A stretch of DNA of 16,179 nucleotides from the NCBI GenBank assembly GCA_048941265.1, contig JBHLNT010000088.1, positions 1 through 16,179 of the forward strand. Reading direction: 5' to 3'. This stretch comes from Promethearchaeota archaeon. GTDB lineage: Archaea; Asgardarchaeota; Lokiarchaeia; Sigyniarchaeales; SOKP01. Numbering within the stretch: position 1 is the stretch's first letter; each line of letters opens with the position of its first letter. The notes under the pieces were generated by a model that was not told the DNA's origin, did no database searches, and worked only from the letters and a program-made list of their open reading frames with translations. This document shows positions 1 to 6,860 of this stretch, piece after piece. Made by a program: the position numbers and the translations under genes.

Positions 1-566
1 ATTTCCTCATCAGGTGTGAAGCAAATTGTTATAGGGCCATGGTTTAATTCGGGAAACTTTTTCCATCCAGCACATGCAGCCATAATTTCTGCAATTCCTG
101 CTTTATTATCAGCGCCTAGTAATGTATCTCCCTGTGATGTAATGATATCCATACCGATATAATGTTCTAATTCAGGTGATTCCTCTACGTTTAAGCTAAG
201 TTCTTCATTTTGGGAGAATTTTATATCATGTCCATCATAATTTCTATGAATAACTGGTTTTACATCTTTTCCGCTTACGGATTGTGAGGTATCTAGATGA
301 GCAATAAATCCGATCGATTTGACATTTTCAAAACCTTTACTTGGTGGTAAATTAGCATAAATATAACCAAATTTGTCATGTACTACATTTTCCAAACCTA
401 TATCTTTTAATTCACTGCTAAGTAGTTTTCCTAATTCCAATTGATTTTCTGTTGATGGAAATGAAGCGGATTTTATATCAGAAGTTGTCCAAATTTGCAC
501 ATATCTTAAAAAACGTTTTAACGCATCGTGTAATAAAAATTTTTGAATTTCTTTCGATAATTTCAC
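1..566 (-). CDS. pepT: Peptidase T (tripeptide aminopeptidase, M20B family), 3'-truncated by the window edge
   Basis: Not in the ORF track. Manual translation from GTG at 566 (alternative in-frame GTG at 575): MKLSKEIQKFLLHDALKRFLRYVQIWTTSD...FPSTENQLELGKLL...GFIAHLDTS...TSQGDTLLGADNKAGIAEIM...HGPITICFTPDEE. RFLRYV, AHxDT, LLGADxKAG and FTPDEE are PepT signatures. The frame stays open to position 1. Confidence 0.93.
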   Translation of the reverse strand, partial: MKLSKEIQKFLLHDALKRFLRYVQIWTTSDIKSASFPSTENQLELGKLLSSELKDIGLENVVHDKFGYIYANLPPSKGFENVKSIGFIAHLDTSQSVSGKDVKPVIHRNYDGHDIKFSQNEELSLNVEESPELEHYIGMDIITSQGDTLLGADNKAGIAEIMAACAGWKKFPELNHGPITICFTPDEE

Positions 567-685
567 TTTTAACACTTTATAATTGAGTTTTTTAAATTAT
601 ATATACCGATAATTAAGAATAACTTATGAAAAAAAAATAAAATTATTTGGGTATTTTCTATTAATTCAGAAATGATTAGCTATAA

Positions 686-718
686 TTTATATAGATCAAT
701 TTAAATGTTATATTTATA
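686..718 (+). promoter_or_regulatory. Candidate archaeal TATA boxes for the 7TM gene
   Basis: TTTATATA at 686-693 and TTTATA at 713-718 lie upstream of the ATG at 751. The very AT-rich background weakens the call. Confidence 0.35.
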
Positions 719-750
719 CAAATTCTCTTCAAAAATTAGTGATTTAAATA

Positions 751-1482
751 ATGGTAGAATTAACATCCCTAGAAATATTAAACGGTTCAATGTCTCTTAT
801 TATGGTTATTATAGACATAATTGTAGGATCAATGTTGATCTCAAAGTACTTTAACTATAAAAGCAGACCTCTTCTATTTATGGGTATTTCGCTGATATTA
901 CTAACAGAAGTATGGTTTACACATGGATTAGCACTCATTTTAATACTCATAACAGGAAATGGATTATCTCCTGAAATGTTTTTCATATGTGCGTATACTT
1001 TAGTTCCATGGGCTACTTTAGCTTGGATGGTAGTAATCACTGATCTTATATACAAGAAGAAGCAAAAACTAATTTTATTAATATACGCCATCTTTGGAGT
1101 TGTATATAATTTAATTTTCTTTTATTTACTGTTTACGAATATTTCATTGATAGGACAATTGGATAGTCCAATTGATCCGCATACTGGACCTTTTATGACA
1201 GGTTATCTACTCATCATTTTGATTAATGTATTTATAACAGGTTTTTTATTTTATCGAGAAAGCCATAAAAGCCAAGATTCGAAAATACGTTTAAAAGGAC
1301 TGCTATTCTTCCTATCTAGCACATCATTTGTGATAGCATCGATTTTAGATACCTTACCATTAAACATCATAATAATAATCATAGTAAGAATACTTCTTGT
1401 TTTAGCTGCTATTGAAGTTTATGGTGCCTTTTTACTACCTGAATGGATGAAAAAGCTCTTTTTAAAGCAAGAATTGTCTTAA
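751..1482 (+). CDS. Uncharacterised integral membrane protein, about 7 TM helices, no soluble domain
   Basis: 243 aa with seven hydrophobic stretches, basic cytoplasmic-type loops (YKKKQK, SKIRLKG) and an amphipathic C-terminus LPEWMKKLFLK. Confidence 0.85.
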   Translation: MVELTSLEILNGSMSLIMVIIDIIVGSMLISKYFNYKSRPLLFMGISLILLTEVWFTHGLALILILITGNGLSPEMFFICAYTLVPWATLAWMVVITDLIYKKKQKLILLIYAIFGVVYNLIFFYLLFTNISLIGQLDSPIDPHTGPFMTGYLLIILINVFITGFLFYRESHKSQDSKIRLKGLLFFLSSTSFVIASILDTLPLNIIIIIIVRILLVLAAIEVYGAFLLPEWMKKLFLKQELS

Positions 1483-1491
1483 TAAAAGAAA

Positions 1492-1515
1492 TTTTTTTCT
1501 TTTTTTTTTATTTCT
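1492..1515 (+). terminator. Oligo-T tract, archaeal-type intrinsic terminator candidate
   Basis: TTTTTTTCTTTTTTTTTTATTTCT lies directly after the 7TM stop codon, between convergent genes. Confidence 0.55.
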
Positions 1516-1545
1516 TATTATATAAAAGATAATCTTTTAAATAAA

Positions 1546-2394
1546 TTAAAATCCAAGAAAATTAGATGTTTTAGAACTCATCGCAAGCTTAATATTAAAA
1601 TAACTACGTATAATCTCCAATAAAAAATCTAAATATTGTGGTTGAATTTTTATATTTTTCGTTTCTTTAAAATAGTCCATAATCTTTTTTGAAGTCAGTT
1701 CTTCATGTGCTTTTAGATTTTTATTAAGTGTAATGATTTCTTGGGATAAAGTAAAAATTTTTTGGATTTCGTTTCTTATTAGAATTAGACAAGATTTAGT
1801 ATCTTGTTCGCTTAAAAACATTTGAACAATTGTCCTTTCTATGTTAATGTTTTTTGGATTCATTGCGTTCTCTTTATCGTTGAAAACTTCATTGCCATCA
1901 ATTATTATATAATTTTTATACTTTTTCTTATCCTTATTGAATTTATCCCTTGTTTCTAAAGATATATTGGGTTCAAATGAGTTTTGAAAAATAAATTTAA
2001 AGAAATTACTAAGATGGATATGAATGGCTTCCAAATTATTTATTATCAAGAGATTTTTTTTATAAAGAACACCACGTAGGATGAATGTTAACCAAAGAGC
2101 ATTAATATTGATGCTAATCAAATAAACGTCAATAACATCCAGACTGGGAATTTCGGCTTCAATTAATGGTTGTTCTAACTCAAACTTAGGAGTTTCTATT
2201 TTGAAATCGGTTATAAAACTGTCTCTAACAGATAAGTTTTTATCGATGTAGGCCACAAACGAATGTGAACAAATTAAATTTTCACCTACATTGATTGCTG
2301 ATAAACCTCTTTCGCTTTTAAGAATAAGATTTTCTTCAACCTCAATTAATCCCTTTTTAGAACATGCAGGGCAGCGTATTTCAATTTCTACCAT
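1546..2394 (-). CDS. Hypothetical protein with N-terminal Zn-ribbon (CPAC...CSH) and alpha/beta C-terminal region
   Basis: 282-aa ORF with ATG start. CxxC at residues 8-11 and CxH near residue 43 are followed by FVAYIDKNLSVRD, an acidic/Pro linker and a helical tail. Confidence 0.8.
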   Translation of the reverse strand: MVEIEIRCPACSKKGLIEVEENLILKSERGLSAINVGENLICSHSFVAYIDKNLSVRDSFITDFKIETPKFELEQPLIEAEIPSLDVIDVYLISININALWLTFILRGVLYKKNLLIINNLEAIHIHLSNFFKFIFQNSFEPNISLETRDKFNKDKKKYKNYIIIDGNEVFNDKENAMNPKNINIERTIVQMFLSEQDTKSCLILIRNEIQKIFTLSQEIITLNKNLKAHEELTSKKIMDYFKETKNIKIQPQYLDFLLEIIRSYFNIKLAMSSKTSNFLGF

Positions 2395-2505
2395 TATATT
2401 TTTGAAAATGATTTAATTTTAAAGTATTATTATTAAAATATTATTAGAAACTTCATTTATAAAGGATTAATGAACTAAGAATTTTTAAATCTATCTGATA
2501 AAGAC

Positions 2506-4044
2506 CTATTTATCATCTTTTACGATATGCTTGGTTATTTCATCAGTATAGCTATACATATGGAATTTATGGGGGCTTAACAGGAAATTCGGATCAACAA
2601 TTTTTTTCATATCTTTGAAAAATTGTCTAAATTGTGGCGTATATGCGTCTGCTTCCACAATGGACTGTGAAATTGATTCCCCAAGCCAATAATGGACCGC
2701 ACCATATTTTACTTGGTACCTTAATTTTTTATGCCAGATATCCATGGCAATTTGGCGTTGATCCTCTACATTTTCGGCATTAAATCCACCAGCAGCTACG
2801 CAGTTTCCATTTGGTAAGAGATGCAATGATCGTGCGAATAATGAGAAGCTCTGTCTTGGAAATTCACTTTTGTGTTCATTATCAAATTGAAGGCTTGATT
2901 GTTCTTTTTCTGCTATAACAGAAATTGGAATTTTATGACAAGTCACACAGGAAATTTTCGGCGGGGCTAAAGAAATGAATTTATTAAAATATGTGTATGA
3001 GAATTTTAAATTATAATCCCAATCTCTAGATAATTCTGCATCTAAATCAATTTCTTGCCATTCAAATGGTCTAGTTTCATTCTCCAAAATTTCCTCAACT
3101 TTTTCAAGATAAACTTCCATAATTCTCTCGTCAAAAGCTTCTAGGAATATTGAAAATACAGGCCCCCTTAATCTTGCTTTTTTCGGAGGGCGATTTTTTG
3201 CTAACGTGGACAATAGACGTACTACTGCTAAAGGCACTACATAAAGGTCCTGAAGTCCATCACTCACTTCTTCACGTAATTTATGCATTAATTCAGATAC
3301 TATTTGATAATCATCCTTATTGAGCATATAATTCCTAAATACTTTGATAGGCGCATTTGGAAATAACCGAAGAAAAGCTTTAGTTTTGATACCCATAACA
3401 CCTACGTCACCCATAAATAATCCTGTAAAATCCGGAGCAACCCCATATCGACAGAATGGCGCAGCATATTTATTTGCCGCTGAACCGGTTCTAATAATTG
3501 TTCCCTGGGGATTAGGTAGTACAACCTCAACTCCAAGGCAAATATCTGGCACCAACCCATATTTTGTAGAACCAAATCCTGCTGTGCTATTAGAAAGACC
3601 GCCACCTATAGTCGCCGAATATCCACTTCCAGGACCGATAATTCCTGTAGTTAAACCTTCTGCCTGTAACTCTGAGAGTAAAGCCCCCCAAGTAACACCA
3701 CACTCGACTTCGCAATAAAAGTCAGAATTATTAATCTCTATAATTTTGTTCATTCTCGTAAGGTCTATAAGGATACCGCCTTCCGAAACAGAACCGCCGA
3801 CAAGATCAGCTCCGCCTCCACGCGGTACCATATGTATTTTATATTTATTCGCTATCTTTACGATTTCTGAAACTTCTTGTGAAGTTTCAGGTCTAACGAT
3901 AATATCTGCCCATCGGTCTGGAAATGCCGGATCTACATTTCGAGAATATGAGGCTTTCATAAAATCTTTATCAGTGATATATTTGGATCCAACAATATCT
4001 TCAATTTCTTTATATGCGATTTTTACTTTTGACATAAACTTCAC
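2506..4044 (-). CDS. FAD-linked oxidoreductase, VAO/GlcD/D-lactate dehydrogenase superfamily (FAD_binding_4)
   Basis: Motifs DIIVRPETSQEVSEIVKIAN, VPRGGGADLVGG, ILIDLTRMNKI, ATIGGGLS, GLFMGDVGVMGIKTK and C-terminal KKIVDPNFLLSPHK. Start is GTG 4044 or ATG 4035. Confidence 0.92.
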   Translation of the reverse strand: MKFMSKVKIAYKEIEDIVGSKYITDKDFMKASYSRNVDPAFPDRWADIIVRPETSQEVSEIVKIANKYKIHMVPRGGGADLVGGSVSEGGILIDLTRMNKIIEINNSDFYCEVECGVTWGALLSELQAEGLTTGIIGPGSGYSATIGGGLSNSTAGFGSTKYGLVPDICLGVEVVLPNPQGTIIRTGSAANKYAAPFCRYGVAPDFTGLFMGDVGVMGIKTKAFLRLFPNAPIKVFRNYMLNKDDYQIVSELMHKLREEVSDGLQDLYVVPLAVVRLLSTLAKNRPPKKARLRGPVFSIFLEAFDERIMEVYLEKVEEILENETRPFEWQEIDLDAELSRDWDYNLKFSYTYFNKFISLAPPKISCVTCHKIPISVIAEKEQSSLQFDNEHKSEFPRQSFSLFARSLHLLPNGNCVAAGGFNAENVEDQRQIAMDIWHKKLRYQVKYGAVHYWLGESISQSIVEADAYTPQFRQFFKDMKKIVDPNFLLSPHKFHMYSYTDEITKHIVKDDK

Positions 4045-4071
4045 TTATATCTTGATTTCTGTACTTAATAT

Positions 4072-6642
4072 TTAATGTTCTGTTCTTGAGATAACCTCGT
4101 TTTGAATTTCAACACCTAATTCAGTAAAATATGCGCTATAACCGCCAACTTTTACAATTAAATCCTTATAATTATCAGGATTTATTTGAGCATCTCGGAG
4201 TAATTCTGTTGATACAACTGTTGGTTGTAATTGAGCGCCTCCTAACTTAAAATAAGTTCGAAGTAAATTAATCCATTTTTCACGACTTTCTTGTAATCCT
4301 CCTATCGCACTAGGATGAAATTTCATATTAACCGCACAACCTAAAACATCACCGTATTCTAATGACGCTACAGAGGTTAATACATTGGTAATACCATTTC
4401 TTTCCACATTATATGGATTACAACTTGCAGCATATGGAGTTGCGGCTTTTCTTCCATCAGGAGTAGCAATGGATATACGCCCATCAATAGTATGGGTGGT
4501 CATACTTATAATGTAAGGAACAAAAGGGCCATTCCGATAGTTTTTATACGTATAAGTCTCTTTGAATAAACAGGATGAAACATAATGCGCTAAATCATCA
4601 ACTTCTTTGAAACCGTTTCCCCATTTACCCTTTAGCTTCATTATTTTACGAAATAGATTCTTATTTTCCATAAAATTAGTATCAATTGCTTCTAATAATT
4701 CCTTAAATGAAGTTATTTTTTCATCAAAAATATACTTTTTAATAACATAAAGAGAATCACAAAGATTTGCAATACTATTAATGAATGAAATTCCAGAGAG
4801 ATCGTATCTCGCTCCCCCTCTTGTTACATCTCTTTTATTTTCCAAACATCCTTCAATAAACACTGAGATATAGGGTGCGGGTAAATGTTCCGCATATACT
4901 TGATCGCGAAGGTTTGAGACATTTACGATTACTTGTATTTGCCTTTCTGCCTGAACTAGAAGAGCATCTAAAAATTCTTTAAATGATAAAAACTTATCGG
5001 GATCTCCCGTTTTTAACCCTACATTTTTTATAGGTCCCATTAAAGTATTAGAATCGCCATTTCGTAAGGTAATATCTAGTAATCGGCAAAGTAGCAAAGC
5101 ATTGGCACTCATAGCACCGGTTTTCCCTGGACATGTCATTTCTACACAACCCATGATTGCGTAATTATGAGCATCTTCTTCCGAAAAACCCCTTCTTCTC
5201 ATTGCTTCTATATTTATATCATCATTGAAGATTGAAATATTCGAACTTCCATTATAAATGATCTCTGTTAATTGTAATAATAAATCATTTGGTGTATTTT
5301 CATGAACTCTTACAGAGACATTTGTAACAGCTCTTGAATTTCCAGCGGCTTCAATAAATAAATAAGTTAAATCATTTGTGCCATCGCTTCCATCAGACTT
5401 TAATCCACCAATAGTGACTGGTGTGGATCCCAAATACCGATGATAAAAATTACTTAATAAATTCGTTTCAGGACGGATATTTTGAGACATTAATTTGAGT
5501 AATAACTCCTCTAATAGTTCTTTTGCTTCATTTTGGGTAAGTATTCCTGCTTGAATATCTTTCTCATAATAAGGATAAAATATTTGGTCCATTCTGCCAA
5601 GGCAATGGAGATTAATTGGATGAGCGATCTCGACCGCAGTTTTTACAGTCCATACGGATTGAATTGCTTGATAAAAACTTTTTGCAGGATTAAGAGGAAC
5701 TATTCTACAATTTTCCAATATTATTTTTAGTTTTTCCTTATTTGCAGGATCTTTTTCAGAATTATATTTTGATTCAACACTTTCAGCTAATTTTTTTGAG
5801 AAAATAATAATTCCATCAACAGTAATTCGTATAGATTCCAAAAAGGATTTTTCTTCCTTGGAAAAAGATTCCATATTGCCAAGTTGAGATTCAATTCCAT
5901 CTTTTATTCCTAAAATTCCTTTTTTTAATATCTTTTCATAATCTAAAATTAAATGACCTTGAATACAAGCAATTGTGGAGCAAATCGATGTTAGTATTGT
6001 CTGGCGTGAGGTATTAGAGGGAAATGCTCGTGCAAAATCCAACATTTCTCCTGCAATAAAACCGGACTTAGGTATTATATCTTCGAGGATATCCACGATG
6101 GTTTTACCTTTCCATTTTGGAAATAATGTTTTTAATAGTAGAGTTCTATCTTTTTTGTTGATAGTGAAAGGATTAATCTTTCTTTTACCCATAGTTTTTA
6201 CTTTTAAATTCAAGGGTTTGGTTCCTGAAGATCTTAGAATCTTATTATTATGAAAAAAATTTCGTAATTGATGTTTCTTAATTAGAAATATAAATGATTT
6301 TAACATGGCCTTAATTCGAAAATGGAACATTGTACTCCATTTTAGTTCGGTTTGGAAAACTTTATTGAAAATTCCCTTTTCAATATCAATAGGGACGCCC
6401 AAAAAGAATTCTGTCCACTGTCCTACGATTTTATCATCTGGATCAATATAAATGGTCATATTTTCAAATACATGTTTCATAGAAAGAGCCACTCGAATAT
6501 TCAGAGGAAGACCATTTTTTTCAGTATCAAACCATTTTTCTGTATAATATTTTGCTCTCTGAATTGAAATTTTTGGAATTTCTGTCTGGTATCTTTTCCT
6601 TATCCTTTTAATTCGTCCATTTGTTGAATTTATACCAACCAC
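4072..6642 (-). CDS. Glycyl radical enzyme (PFL-like superfamily, eliminase-type Cys loop), substrate unknown
   Basis: 856 aa. Motifs: Cys loop YAIMGCVE (Cys499, Glu501), LGRMDQ, VTIGG, KWGNG, ATPDGRKA and C-terminal DAQINPDNYKDLIVKVGGYSAYFTEL...QNEVISRTEH (radical Gly834). Confidence 0.95.
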   Translation of the reverse strand: MVGINSTNGRIKRIRKRYQTEIPKISIQRAKYYTEKWFDTEKNGLPLNIRVALSMKHVFENMTIYIDPDDKIVGQWTEFFLGVPIDIEKGIFNKVFQTELKWSTMFHFRIKAMLKSFIFLIKKHQLRNFFHNNKILRSSGTKPLNLKVKTMGKRKINPFTINKKDRTLLLKTLFPKWKGKTIVDILEDIIPKSGFIAGEMLDFARAFPSNTSRQTILTSICSTIACIQGHLILDYEKILKKGILGIKDGIESQLGNMESFSKEEKSFLESIRITVDGIIIFSKKLAESVESKYNSEKDPANKEKLKIILENCRIVPLNPAKSFYQAIQSVWTVKTAVEIAHPINLHCLGRMDQIFYPYYEKDIQAGILTQNEAKELLEELLLKLMSQNIRPETNLLSNFYHRYLGSTPVTIGGLKSDGSDGTNDLTYLFIEAAGNSRAVTNVSVRVHENTPNDLLLQLTEIIYNGSSNISIFNDDINIEAMRRRGFSEEDAHNYAIMGCVEMTCPGKTGAMSANALLLCRLLDITLRNGDSNTLMGPIKNVGLKTGDPDKFLSFKEFLDALLVQAERQIQVIVNVSNLRDQVYAEHLPAPYISVFIEGCLENKRDVTRGGARYDLSGISFINSIANLCDSLYVIKKYIFDEKITSFKELLEAIDTNFMENKNLFRKIMKLKGKWGNGFKEVDDLAHYVSSCLFKETYTYKNYRNGPFVPYIISMTTHTIDGRISIATPDGRKAATPYAASCNPYNVERNGITNVLTSVASLEYGDVLGCAVNMKFHPSAIGGLQESREKWINLLRTYFKLGGAQLQPTVVSTELLRDAQINPDNYKDLIVKVGGYSAYFTELGVEIQNEVISRTEH

Positions 6643-6860
6643 TTATTTAATTAATTAATATTAAATAAAAATATTTGTTAATCGGGACCTATGAATTTCA
6701 TCATCTTGGATTTCCTTGGAGTTGAGCTTTAAAGAAATTTGAATTATAGATTTTAAAGAATATTAACAAATAAGTTCCTTCCTTTTTTTCATAGGTTTTC
6801 TTCATCTCCTCCTTTTATTAAAAAAATATAATTAAAATATAGCACTTTTATTCTATAACA

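Noticed and set aside
45-70. Possible frameshift in pepT at the T-run near 58-62
   Set aside because: Careful reading gives TGG AAA AAG TTT CCC (WKKFP) in frame through to FTPDEE.
751-1482. Microbial rhodopsin or schizorhodopsin
   Set aside because: There is no retinal-binding Lys in TM7 and no RYxxW-type helix C motif.
3344-4075. ORFs 3344-3718 (+), 3746-4075 (+) and 3402-3605 (-)
   Set aside because: These are antisense or alternate-frame shadows of the well-supported flavoprotein gene, with no recognisable motifs.
4072-6642. Annotation as pyruvate formate-lyase (pflB) or choline TMA-lyase (cutC)
   Set aside because: There is no vicinal Cys-Cys as in PFL. MGCVE resembles CutC, but the other CutC pocket residues I recall are not evident.
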